A stretch of 44,147 bases of DNA from Fimbriimonadales bacterium. Lineage in GTDB: Bacteria > Armatimonadota > Fimbriimonadia > Fimbriimonadales > GBS-DC. The translations under genes and the position numbers were made by a program. The notes under the pieces are model-generated. The model did not search any database, was not told the origin of the DNA, and worked only from the letters and a program-made list of their open reading frames with translations. Positions 1 through 9,953 of the stretch are shown here, one piece after another. The DNA lies in NCBI GenBank assembly GCA_046294565.1, contig JBKBKS010000002.1, positions 1 to 44,147 on the forward strand. Direction: 5' to 3'. The number at the start of each line of letters is the position of its first letter. Position 1 is the stretch's first letter.

Positions 1-380
1 GCGCGACCTTCGAGCGCGACCTGCGCCAGCTGCCCGAATCGGAGCAAGCCGAGTTCCTGCAGATGATGGGCGTCGCCGAGCCTGCCCTGCCGCGCCTCGT
101 GCGCGCTGTGTATGAACAGCTGAACCTGCTCACTTTCTACACGATTGGCGACGACTCGCGGGCGTGGCTGCTGCCCAGAGGCGGAACCGCCTTAGACGCC
201 GCCGCGACCATCCACTCCGACCTCGCGCGAGGGTTCATCCGCGCCGAAGTGTGCCACGCCGACGACGCCATCGCCGCTGGCGGCTGGAAAGCCGCCCAGA
301 AAGCCAACAAAGTCCAACTCGTGGGCAAAGACTATGTGATGCGCGACGGCGAGGTCATCTATGTTCGGTTCAATGTGTAA
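1..380 (+). CDS. ychF: Ribosome-binding ATPase YchF, C-terminal part (5' end lies outside the window)
   Basis: The frame is open from the window edge, and track ORF 63..380 is its tail. The ending 'LLTFYTIGDDSRAWLLPRGGTALDAAATIHSDLARGFIRAEV...VQLVGKDYVMRDGEVIYVRFNV' is the conserved YchF/OLA1 TGS-like C-terminus. Confidence 0.9.
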   Translation, partial: ATFERDLRQLPESEQAEFLQMMGVAEPALPRLVRAVYEQLNLLTFYTIGDDSRAWLLPRGGTALDAAATIHSDLARGFIRAEVCHADDAIAAGGWKAAQKANKVQLVGKDYVMRDGEVIYVRFNV

Positions 381-405
381 GTGGGGGGGTGAAGGAGCGG
401 CGCTC

Positions 406-1308
406 TCACTCCAGCGGCTGCGATGAATCTTCGGCGTGGTCGCGTAGGTGGGGCTTATTCAATCCAGCAAGTCGGCGGGCGCGTTGCAGCTCCGCGCGGT
501 CGTAGCTGTCCAGGGCGCCTGCCTGCTGGTAGGCTCTGTCGGCGGCGTGGGGTTCGTCGAGCAATCCGTACACATCGCCCAGCAGCGTGAGGTAGAGCGC
601 GCTGTTCGGCTTCAGCTTCAAGGCGCGTTGGAAGCACTCAAGGGCTTGCAGGAACTGCTCGTTCTCGATGCACAGTAGCCCGTAGCGGAAGTGGTAGTAG
701 TCGTCTTCGGGATTGAGCAGGGTGGCGATTTCCATCTCCTGCATCGCTTCCTGCACCTCGCCCACTTGCTCCAGCAGGTCGGCGAGCCAGAATCGGTAGA
801 AGCCGTTGCTCGGTTCGTGGTTCACGGCGGCGCGCCCTGCCTCCACCGCTTTAGCGTACTGTTGCCCCATCGCCAGCGCTTCGGCGTATTTGAACTGCAC
901 GAAAGCGTTGTCCGCGCCGTAGTCGATAGCGCGTTTGAAGTGGGCAATTGCGGCGTCGTAGCGTCCGTAGCGTCGGTAGATTTCGCCCAGCGCGAAGTAG
1001 GGTTCGGGGTCGCGCGGGTTCATCTTGCGCGCGCGATGGTAGTAGGCTAAGGCGCGTGCGGGCTGGTCGGCGTAGGCGTAGGCGTCGCCCAGCTGCATAT
1101 AGCGCGCGCTGTTCGCGCCGTCCATCCGAATCGCGACCTTGTAGTAGCGGAACGCCTCTTCGAACGCGCCCTGACGCAACGCCGCGTCGCCCCGTCGCCG
1201 CGCCTCCTCCGCCGTCGCTGGCTGATACTGACCGTCCGCCTGAGGTTCGACTGGCTCCGATTCTAAACCCTCGCGCAAAAACGCGAACGAATCGCCCATC
1301 GCCATCAA
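406..1308 (-). CDS. Tetratricopeptide (TPR) repeat protein
   Basis: 300-aa ORF with repeated 34-residue A/Y/G-patterned units (e.g. 'AFRYYKVAIRMDGANSARYMQLGDAY', 'ALAYYHRARKMNPRDPEPYFALGEIY', 'ALECFQRALKLKPNSALYLTLLGDVY'). Confidence 0.8.
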   Translation of the reverse strand: MMAMGDSFAFLREGLESEPVEPQADGQYQPATAEEARRRGDAALRQGAFEEAFRYYKVAIRMDGANSARYMQLGDAYAYADQPARALAYYHRARKMNPRDPEPYFALGEIYRRYGRYDAAIAHFKRAIDYGADNAFVQFKYAEALAMGQQYAKAVEAGRAAVNHEPSNGFYRFWLADLLEQVGEVQEAMQEMEIATLLNPEDDYYHFRYGLLCIENEQFLQALECFQRALKLKPNSALYLTLLGDVYGLLDEPHAADRAYQQAGALDSYDRAELQRARRLAGLNKPHLRDHAEDSSQPLE

Positions 1309-1388
1309 GGGTATTATACCATAGCGGTTGACTCAACGCTCGCCGCAATCCGTATTGGCGTTGTGGCAAGACCGTCGGGAGGCTTGCT

Positions 1389-2066
1389 ATGGCTCGCACC
1401 ATCGAACGAATCGTCTGGCACACCGCCGCGCACGGGCGCGACGGGCAAGCGTTTGACACGACCGCCGCGCAGATCGACCAGTGGCATCGCGAGCGCGGCT
1501 GGAGCGAAATCGGCTACAATGTGGTCATCCGCTTCGACGGCAGCATCGAGAAGGGGCGCGACCCGCGTAAAATCCCCGCAGGCGTCGCAGGCATCAACGA
1601 GACCACCTACCACATCTGCTTCTCCGGGCACGGCGACATCGTCCCGCTCACACCCCAGCAACTCGAAAGTGGGATTCGCCACACCATCGAGATGCTCCAC
1701 AAATACAAGTTGACCGAGAAGTTTCTCAAAGAGCCGGACGGCTTGATTGTGATGGGGCATCGCGAGGTGAACGAGTTGGTGCGGCGCGGTTTAGCACCTA
1801 CGCCCACCAGCAAGACCTGTCCGGGCAAGTTCGTCGACATGGATGCTGTGCGTCTGCTGATACGGAGTCGGCTTGCGCCTGCGCCAGACGCCCCCTATGT
1901 ATACGATGCACAGGCGGCAGGCGAGTTGTATGCAGGGTTGAGGCAGGTCTACGCCGCGGCTGCCAAGCTCCAGCTCCCTGAGGAGGCGATGCGCTTCCTG
2001 AACCAGTTCCGCAAGCAGCCTGAGGTGGACGCTGTGATTGCGCGTTGGCGGAAGGAGCATAGTTAG
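1389..2066 (+). CDS. N-acetylmuramoyl-L-alanine amidase (Amidase_2/PGRP fold) with a C-terminal extension
   Basis: Motifs 'IVWHTAAH', 'GWSEIGYNVVIRFDG', 'HICFSGHG' and 'GHREV...KTCPG' are typical of zinc amidase_2 enzymes. Confidence 0.8.
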   Translation: MARTIERIVWHTAAHGRDGQAFDTTAAQIDQWHRERGWSEIGYNVVIRFDGSIEKGRDPRKIPAGVAGINETTYHICFSGHGDIVPLTPQQLESGIRHTIEMLHKYKLTEKFLKEPDGLIVMGHREVNELVRRGLAPTPTSKTCPGKFVDMDAVRLLIRSRLAPAPDAPYVYDAQAAGELYAGLRQVYAAAAKLQLPEEAMRFLNQFRKQPEVDAVIARWRKEHS

Positions 2067-2097
2067 CCCCGATTGCTACCTATCCGTTTTGAGCGGG

Positions 2098-2179
2098 CGA
2101 GATTCCTCGCTCCGCCCGAAATGACAAAGCGGTTTTTGCACAAGTAAGCGTGTCATTCCGAGCCGAAGGCGAGGAATCT
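2098..2179. repeat. Inverted pair of the dispersed 'TGTCAT(T/G)CCGAGC..GCGAGGnnTCTC' element (family 1), lying between convergent gene ends
   Basis: 2098..2125 'gagattcctcgctccgcccgaaatgaca' is the near reverse complement of 2150..2179 'tgtcattccgagccgaaggcgaggaatctc'. The same unit recurs at 8735-8876, 24314-24381 and 41966-41994. Confidence 0.75.
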
Positions 2180-2203
2180 CATAGAGACAGCAAATTGGGT
2201 TAG

Positions 2204-4864
2204 TTATCCCCGCAACTGTTCCTCTACAAGTTTGGGGGTAAGCGCAAGCGCGTCGGCGAGTTTTTCGGGGTGTTTGCCGCCTGCCTGCGCGAAGTCGGGT
2301 CGCCCGCCGCCGGAACCGCCCACCTGCTGGGCGATTTGCCGAATCAGGTTGCCGGCGTGCAGCCCCCGCGCGATGTAATCGGGCGCGACTTTGACCACCA
2401 GCATGGCTTTGCCGTCCTGCGCGGTTCCGAGCGCCGCCACGCCCACGCCTGTTTGAATCAGGCGGTCGGCAATCGCGCCGAGCGCTTTGGCGTCCACGCC
2501 CGTGAGCGCCTGCGCCGCCACGGGGACGCCGTTCACCTCTACGGGGGTAATTTGCTCCAACGCTTGGGCGGCTGCGCGCTGTTTGAGCTGCTCCAGCTCG
2601 GTCTGGAGCGCGTCGAGCTGATGTTGCAGGCGTTCGACGGCGCGTGGCAGTTCGGGTACAGGCGTTTGCAAGCGTTCCGCCGCTTGGCGCACGGCGTGTT
2701 CGCGTTCGCGTAGCCACTGATACAGAGCGCGTCCCGTGAGCGCTTCGATGCGTCGCACGCCCGCCGCCACACTGCCTTCATGCACTATCTTAAATAGTCC
2801 CGCCTCTACTGTGCTGCGCAGGTGCGTGCCGCCGCAGAGTTCGAGCGAGAAGCCCGGAATCTCCACCATGCGCACGCGCTCGCCGTATTTCTCGCCGAAC
2901 AGCATCATCGCGCCGCGCCGACGCGCTTCGTCGATGGGCACATCGGTGTACACCCGCACTTCCAACTCTTGGAGCAGCTTCTCGTTCACCAGCGATTCGA
3001 TGCGTTCGAGTTCGTCGGGCGTCACGGCGCGTGGGTGCGTGAAGTCGAAGCGCAGTCGGTCGGGCGCGACCAGCGAGCCTGCCTGCGCCACATGGGTTCC
3101 CAACACCTGCCGCAGCGCGGCGTGGAGCAGGTGCGTCGCCGTGTGATTGCGCTGGATATCGAGACGGCGTTCGGCGTCCACCCGCGCCTCTACGGTCGCG
3201 CCCCAGCGCAGCGTCCCTTCCAGCACTTTCGCGTGGTGGAAGTAGTAGTCGTTCGCTTTTTGGGTGTCCAGCACTTGGGCGCGCCCGCCCTGCCACTCGA
3301 TGACGCCTGCATCGCCCACCTGTCCACCTGCCTCGGCGTAGAATGGGGTGCGGTTCAACACGATTTCGACGGTCTCGCCTGCGTGGGCTTCGGGGACGAG
3401 GTTGCCCTCGCGCACAAGACCGACCACCTGCGCCTCGCCTTCCAGATGCTCATAGCCGATGAACTGGGTGGGGGCGGTTTGTTGCGCCAGTTCCGCCAGC
3501 GCCGCGCCTGTTTGCACGAAGAGTTTCTCGGAGATACCGCTCGCCTCGCGGGCGCGCTGGCGTTGCGCCTCCAACGCCTGCTCAAAACCCTGCAAGTCAA
3601 CGGCGACGCCGCGCTCGGCGGCGATTTCGCGTGTCAGCTCCAGCGGGAAGCCGTAGGTGTCATAGAGCATGAACACGCGCTCGCCTGAGAGTTGTCCCTG
3701 CTGGCGCGTGTCGGGGTCGGCAAGCATCTCCTCCAGTCGCGCCAAGCCCGTCTGCACTGTGTGGCGGAACCGCGCCTCCTCGTAGCGCAGGGTGGTCTGG
3801 ATGTAGTCTTGGCGTTGCACGATTTCGGGATACTGGTCGCCCAGCGCTTCGACGACGGCGGGCGCGAGGTCGGCGAAGAAGGGTTTCTCGAAGCCCAGCA
3901 CGCGCTGCCCGCGCAGGATGGCGCGTCGGATAATGCGCCGCAGCACATAGCCGCGCCCCTCGTTCTGGGGGATGACGCCGTCGGCTATCGTGAAGGTCGC
4001 CGTGCGGATGTGGTCGGCAATCAGGCGGATGGCGGCGTCGGTCGGCTCGCTGCTCTTGTAGCGCACGCCCGCCAGCTCCTCAATGCGACGCACGATGGGC
4101 GCGAACACATCGGTTTCAAACGGGCTGTCGAAGCCCATCAGCACGGCGGCGGTGCGCTCCAGCCCCATGCCTGTATCGATGTTCTGCTTCGGCAGCGGCG
4201 TGAGCTTGGGCTTGCCGTGCTCCTCGCTCCGCTCGTACTGCATAAACACCAAGTTCCAAATCTCCAGCCAGCGTCCACAATCGCACGCAGGACCGCAATC
4301 GCGGTTTGTGCAGCCCGTGTCGATGCGCGTGTCGTAAAAAATCTCCGAGCAGGGACCGCAGGGACCGTTGGGGCCCTCGCTAATCGCGTTCGCGGGCCAG
4401 AAGTTGGTCTTCTCGCCCAGTCGCCAGATGCGGTTTTCGGGGACGCCCACCTCGCGACGCCACACCTCGAACGCCTCGTCGTCGTCTTGGAACACGGTGA
4501 ACTGCAGGCGGTCGGTGTCCACCTGCAGCCGCTCGGTGAGGAACTCCCACGCGAACAGGATAGCCTCGCGTTTGAAGTAGTCGCCGAAGCTGAAGTTGCC
4601 CAGCATCTCGAAGAAGGTCAGGTGCGACAGGTCGCCCACCGATTCGATGTCGGTGGTGCGCAGGCACTTTTGGACGGTGGTCACGCGCGGGGCGGGCGGC
4701 TGCGCCACGCCCAAAAAGTAGGGCTTGAACTGCACCATCCCCGCGCTGGTGAACAGCAGCGACGGGTCTTTCGGCACGAGGCTATCGGAGGGCAACAGCA
4801 AGTGCCCTTTCTCCTGAAAGTAGCCCAAAAACGCCTGTCTTAGCGCACGCGCGTTCCAGTGCAT
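2204..4864 (-). CDS. alaS: Alanine--tRNA ligase
   Basis: 886 aa. N-terminus 'FLGYFQEKGHLLLPSDSLVPKDPSLLFTSAGMVQFKPYFLG', editing-domain 'HTATHLLHAALRQVLG...QAGS' and 'CGGTHL' motifs. SD AAGGAG lies upstream of the ATG at 4864. Confidence 0.97.
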   Translation of the reverse strand: MHWNARALRQAFLGYFQEKGHLLLPSDSLVPKDPSLLFTSAGMVQFKPYFLGVAQPPAPRVTTVQKCLRTTDIESVGDLSHLTFFEMLGNFSFGDYFKREAILFAWEFLTERLQVDTDRLQFTVFQDDDEAFEVWRREVGVPENRIWRLGEKTNFWPANAISEGPNGPCGPCSEIFYDTRIDTGCTNRDCGPACDCGRWLEIWNLVFMQYERSEEHGKPKLTPLPKQNIDTGMGLERTAAVLMGFDSPFETDVFAPIVRRIEELAGVRYKSSEPTDAAIRLIADHIRTATFTIADGVIPQNEGRGYVLRRIIRRAILRGQRVLGFEKPFFADLAPAVVEALGDQYPEIVQRQDYIQTTLRYEEARFRHTVQTGLARLEEMLADPDTRQQGQLSGERVFMLYDTYGFPLELTREIAAERGVAVDLQGFEQALEAQRQRAREASGISEKLFVQTGAALAELAQQTAPTQFIGYEHLEGEAQVVGLVREGNLVPEAHAGETVEIVLNRTPFYAEAGGQVGDAGVIEWQGGRAQVLDTQKANDYYFHHAKVLEGTLRWGATVEARVDAERRLDIQRNHTATHLLHAALRQVLGTHVAQAGSLVAPDRLRFDFTHPRAVTPDELERIESLVNEKLLQELEVRVYTDVPIDEARRRGAMMLFGEKYGERVRMVEIPGFSLELCGGTHLRSTVEAGLFKIVHEGSVAAGVRRIEALTGRALYQWLREREHAVRQAAERLQTPVPELPRAVERLQHQLDALQTELEQLKQRAAAQALEQITPVEVNGVPVAAQALTGVDAKALGAIADRLIQTGVGVAALGTAQDGKAMLVVKVAPDYIARGLHAGNLIRQIAQQVGGSGGGRPDFAQAGGKHPEKLADALALTPKLVEEQLRG

Positions 4865-5078
4865 CGGTTCCTGCTCCTTCTGTAGGGTGATGACTGAGCA
4901 AGTATACCTAACGGCGCAGCGCAGCCCAAAGCAAAAGGGTGGGACGACTTATACCTGTTTCACGGACGCGCGCTCTTCAGGAGTCTGGACTACGAAGGCT
5001 TCTGACAGGCAAAGGGTTGTGTACGCACTGTAGGGGGTTGCTCTCCGTGTCTGCCCGCCTCGCGTGGGAGTCGCATAG

Positions 5079-6455
<1,377 letters not shown>

Positions 6456-6461
6456 CCCCAA

Positions 6462-6491
6462 ACAGGACGCCCCGCGCACGGGGCGTCCTGT
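6462..6491. terminator. Bidirectional stem-loop between convergent metY and the MCP gene
   Basis: Perfect 12-bp stem 'acaggacgcccc' (6462..6473) / 'ggggcgtcctgt' (6480..6491) with a 6-nt loop. There is no clear U-tract, so its function as an intrinsic terminator is inferred from position. Confidence 0.6.
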
Positions 6492-6497
6492 CGGAAC

Positions 6498-8609
6498 TTA
6501 CGCCGCGCGCGGCAACTCCACAACCTCGCCGTACTCCGGCGTGCTGCCCCCCTCGGCAAGTTTGAACCGCGCAATCTGCTGCATGAGGGTCTCCACATCC
6601 GCGCGCACTTGCTCCATCTGACGGTTCAACTGCTGGATGGCGCTTGTCTGCTCCTGCACCGTGGCGCTGACCTGCTGCGAGCCTGCCGCGACCTGCTGGG
6701 CGATGGACGCCATCTGGTTCAGCGTGCTGGAGGTCGTATCCACGCTTGCGGTCATCTCCTGCGTGCCCGCGCTGGATTGCTGGGCTATCGCCGCAATCTG
6801 TTGCAACGCCGTGGAGGTCGCCTCCGCGCTCGCCAGCATCTCCTCGCTCGCCGCGCTGGACTGTTGGGCTATCGCCGCAATCTGCTCGATCTCGTGCATA
6901 GTGGAGTCCGCCGCGTTCTGCACGGTGTTCATCGACTGCGCCGACTGCTCCACCTGCTGGGTGATGGTCTCCACCGCTTGCAAAATCGCACCCAGCCCGT
7001 TGGCGACCTCTTGCGAGACCTGCGCGCCCGACTGCACCGCGCTGAGGCTCTGCTCCATCGCCTGCACGGTCTGTTCGGTCTTGCCCAGCACTTGTTGGAT
7101 AATGCTCTGGATTTCGCGTGTGGCGACTGCGCTCCGCTCGGCGAGGCGGCGCACCTCTTCCGCGACGACGGCGAACCCGCGCCCTGCCTCGCCCGCGCGC
7201 GCGGCTTCAATCGCGGCGTTGAGCGCAAGCAGGTTCGTCTGACGCGCAATCTCCTCGATGGTCTGCAGGATGCCGCCGATGGAGGCAGACAGGTTGGCGA
7301 GCTCCTGCAGTTCGGCAGCCACATGGCGCGTCTGGCGGTCGATGTCTATCATCACTTGCTGCGACTGCTGCAGCGCGCTGCGCCCCTGCTGAGCGACCTC
7401 GCTGGCTCGGCTCGCCGAGTGCTGCGTCTGTTGCAGTTGTTGGAAAGTCTCACGGATACGCGCCGTGATGGCGTGCATGCGCTCCACGCCTGTGCTGGCG
7501 GCTTGGGCGGTCTGCTCCGCGCCTTGGGCGACCTCGCGCACCACACGAGCGACCTCGCCCATCTGTTGCACGCCGCTCTGGGCGGCTTGGGCGGTCTGAT
7601 CCGCGCCGCGCGCCACCTCCTGCACCACCGCGCGCAGTTGCGCCATCATCTCGTTAGAGCGTTGGGTCTCCTGCGCCATGCGGTTCACGCCGCGCGCCGA
7701 GTCGTCCACCGCGCCGCTGACCTGCTGGGCGCCCGCCGCCATCTGGGCAAGGCTGTGCGTCGCCTCATTCACTTGCTGGCTTACCTGCGCCGCCACGCGC
7801 TGCGCCTGCAGCAACACCCCGCCCAGCGACCGAATCGATTGGTTAATGCTCTGCGCCAGCTGCCCCAGTTCGTCGCGCCCCGCAATCGGCACTTGGGCGG
7901 TCAAATCGCCTTGCGCGAGCTGGCTCGCCGCGCGCTGCACGCTTGCAACCACGCCCAGAATCTGACGCGCTACCAAGAAACTCAGCGCCGCCACCGCCGC
8001 CAACACCCCAAAAAAGACCGCGCCCATCAACAATGTGCGCGAGCGCACCAACGCGGCGGCACGTTGCCCATCCTCTTCTATCTGCTTTTGGATGGCTTGC
8101 TCGCTCTCGACGATAAAGTCGTCGTACTTCTCTATGTAAGCGCGACGCCTATCGCCAAAATTCGAGGCGGTTTTCCAGTCCGACCGCTCCACGGCTGGAA
8201 TAAACTCATCATCCAGCAGTTTGAGGTACGCTAGGGTCTCAGGTTTCTCAAAGGGCATCTCTTGATAGATTTCGGGATGCTTTTTCCAGCGTTCCTGCGC
8301 CTCAGCATATTGTTCACGCGCTTTTTTCAGCGACGCGAGCAGCTGGCGCGCCCGTGAATATTCATTATGGTCGATGGCATAAGAAATACGAAGCGCCCAC
8401 CAGTCTAAGTCGAGAATGCTGGCAGCAGGTGGAGCAATATCTGCCAGCGCGTCTCTGTGGCACTCAATCGTGTTATCTTCCTCGCCTCCAATCTTCACTG
8501 TGTTGAGCGTCGAGTAGGCTGTCGCGCCGAACACCGTCAGTCCGATGACCGCAATACCTGCAATCAGCCCCAACTTCGCCTTTAAGCTGAGGTTGTTGAG
8601 CCAGTTCAT
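6498..8609 (-). CDS. Methyl-accepting chemotaxis protein with an N-terminal two-TM sensor, HAMP and an unusually long signalling hairpin
   Basis: 703 aa. TM '[20 protein letters not shown]', second TM plus HAMP ('[26 protein letters not shown]'), hairpin tip '[42 protein letters not shown]'. SD GGAGG precedes the ATG at 8609. Confidence 0.95.
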   Translation of the reverse strand: MNWLNNLSLKAKLGLIAGIAVIGLTVFGATAYSTLNTVKIGGEEDNTIECHRDALADIAPPAASILDLDWWALRISYAIDHNEYSRARQLLASLKKAREQYAEAQERWKKHPEIYQEMPFEKPETLAYLKLLDDEFIPAVERSDWKTASNFGDRRRAYIEKYDDFIVESEQAIQKQIEEDGQRAAALVRSRTLLMGAVFFGVLAAVAALSFLVARQILGVVASVQRAASQLAQGDLTAQVPIAGRDELGQLAQSINQSIRSLGGVLLQAQRVAAQVSQQVNEATHSLAQMAAGAQQVSGAVDDSARGVNRMAQETQRSNEMMAQLRAVVQEVARGADQTAQAAQSGVQQMGEVARVVREVAQGAEQTAQAASTGVERMHAITARIRETFQQLQQTQHSASRASEVAQQGRSALQQSQQVMIDIDRQTRHVAAELQELANLSASIGGILQTIEEIARQTNLLALNAAIEAARAGEAGRGFAVVAEEVRRLAERSAVATREIQSIIQQVLGKTEQTVQAMEQSLSAVQSGAQVSQEVANGLGAILQAVETITQQVEQSAQSMNTVQNAADSTMHEIEQIAAIAQQSSAASEEMLASAEATSTALQQIAAIAQQSSAGTQEMTASVDTTSSTLNQMASIAQQVAAGSQQVSATVQEQTSAIQQLNRQMEQVRADVETLMQQIARFKLAEGGSTPEYGEVVELPRAA

Positions 8610-8734
8610 AGTCGTCCTCCGTCTGTTTGCGTTGCAAGGGATATTATCGGCATCGGGCGGATGTTTTTTAGCCCTTACATTCCCGCTCCTCTATCTCGGA
8701 GGCTGTCTTAAGCCCCTCATTAAAAAGCCCTGTG

Positions 8735-8876
8735 GAGACGCCTCGCTGCGCTCGGCATGACAGTAGTCGCTCACCAAAAGCAAGCCCTGTCATTCCGAGC
8801 CGCAGGCGAGGAATGACAGACTTACGGCTCGGAATGACAGGGCTTGCTTGTCATGCCGAGCGGAGCGAGGCATCTC
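8735..8876. repeat. Nested palindromes built from four or more family-1 repeat units
   Basis: Outer arms are 8735..8762 'gagacgcctcgctgcgctcggcatgaca' and 8849..8876 'tgtcatgccgagcggagcgaggcatctc'. Inner arms form a perfect 22-bp inverted repeat: 8781..8802 'caagccctgtcattccgagccg' and 8825..8846 'cggctcggaatgacagggcttg'. Confidence 0.85.
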
Positions 8877-8916
8877 AAACACTGACGCTCCCGATTTTTC
8901 GAACACGCTCCCCCCA

Positions 8917-8944
8917 TTGACAATCCGCAAAGATGTTGTATAAT
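8917..8944 (+). promoter_or_regulatory. Consensus sigma70-type promoter for the downstream secreted protein gene
   Basis: TTGACA (8917..8922), a 16-nt spacer, then TATAAT (8939..8944). This is followed by AGGAGG (8961..8966) and the ATG at 8973. Confidence 0.6.
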
Positions 8945-8972
8945 ATATGTACCTTTGGAAAGGAGGTTGACG

Positions 8973-9767
8973 ATGACGAGATCGATGAACCGTTTCTTGG
9001 GATTGGTTGCTCTTGCGGCGATGATTGGCGTCGCATCCGCGCAAACGCTTGCCCAACGCCTGCAAGCTGCAGGCAGCATGTCGTTCAAGATTAATAACGC
9101 TCAATACGAAATCAGAGCTGATGGAGACTGCGCTAATTCCTTCGCCTCGGGCACGACAGGCGCACAGAACACGCTGACTATCAACTTCCTGCCGAACTCG
9201 CTGGATTTCGAGGCGACCATCAACGAGATTGTGAACTCAATTGGCAGCAATCAAGTCGTGCGCTTTACTGCCCAAGTGAGCGACGACGGCACGCGCGTCA
9301 CTTGGACAGCGCAGAATATTCCAAATCCCGTGTGCGCCATTGTGAGCATTAGCGGTAGTGATACGCCTTTCCGCATCGATCAAGTGTATGGCACGCTGAT
9401 TGCGGACTTGTCGGAGGTAGGTTGCGCCGTCGACCCGCTCGGCGCGCTCAATCGCAAAGTGGACATCAGCCTATCGCTTGCCGCAGGCAGTGAGATTGGC
9501 TTCAACGGCTGGGTAGCAGACGGGACTTGTGAAACTCTGTACATCCCTGCGTGTGCGCGCGCGTTCAACATCGACTTTGATGGCTACGGCGGTCGCTGTC
9601 CTGCAGGCGATGTGGACGGCAACGGCTGCGTAGACGACGCCGATTTGCTGCAGGTGCTGTTCAACTTCGGCGCGACAGGCGCGAACGACGCCGATGTGAA
9701 CGGCGACCACATCGTCGACGACGCGGACCTGTTGATTGTGCTGTTCAACTTCGGCGCAGGCTGCTAA
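8973..9767 (+). CDS. Secreted protein with a C-terminal double dockerin-like (EF-hand type) repeat
   Basis: Signal peptide 'MTRSMNRFLGLVALAAMIGVASAQ'. C-terminus 'DVDGNGCVDDADLLQVLFNFG...DVNGDHIVDDADLLIVLFNFG'. The start was moved from the TTG at 8955 to the SD-preceded ATG at 8973. Confidence 0.8.
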   Translation: MTRSMNRFLGLVALAAMIGVASAQTLAQRLQAAGSMSFKINNAQYEIRADGDCANSFASGTTGAQNTLTINFLPNSLDFEATINEIVNSIGSNQVVRFTAQVSDDGTRVTWTAQNIPNPVCAIVSISGSDTPFRIDQVYGTLIADLSEVGCAVDPLGALNRKVDISLSLAAGSEIGFNGWVADGTCETLYIPACARAFNIDFDGYGGRCPAGDVDGNGCVDDADLLQVLFNFGATGANDADVNGDHIVDDADLLIVLFNFGAGC

Positions 9768-9789
9768 ACGAAGCACTGTCTGTTCTCTT

Positions 9790-9878
9790 TAGGGTTCCTC
9801 CTACCCCATAGGGGGAACCCTACCCCTGTGGCTTGGACAGTCTTGTCCAAGTGCGGTTCGTCGGCGGGGACGCCGACG
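9790..9878. repeat. Three consecutive GC hairpins (family-2 repeat units) between convergent gene ends
   Basis: 'tagggttcc'/'ggaacccta' at 9790..9822. 'gtggcttggacagtcttgtccaag' at 9828..9851. 'cgtcggcggggacgccgacg' at 9859..9878. The last two unit types recur at 13289..13497. Confidence 0.7.
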
Positions 9879-9953
9879 GTAAGAAGTTTGGATGCATCGG
9901 TGCACCAAAAGATTCCGCAGCGCACGCACTGCCTTCCAATCTGTAAAGTGTAA

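Noticed and set aside
6609-8234. The 541-aa ORF antisense to the MCP gene, and similar long shadow ORFs (2076..2717, 2822..3688, 3692..4843, 5193..5972, 13124..13924, 14428..15249, 16238..17245, 16431..17216, 22413..23219, 31399..32925, 32965..33924, 35369..36196).
   Set aside because: They are Arg/Ala/Gly/Pro/His-rich low-complexity translations lying opposite genes with clear family signatures. This is the typical stop-codon-poor antisense-frame artefact of high-GC DNA. No motifs or SD sites were seen.
8732-9104. Small ORFs 8732..8920 (+), 8790..9104 (-) and 8822..9088 (-) in the MCP/dockerin-protein intergenic region; likewise 24132..24413 and 24207..24482.
   Set aside because: Their sequences are dictated by the family-1 palindromic repeats ('CHAERSEASQ', 'SFRAVSLSFLACGSE'-type translations appear on both strands). 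They also overlap the promoter, SD or 5' end of the real downstream gene.
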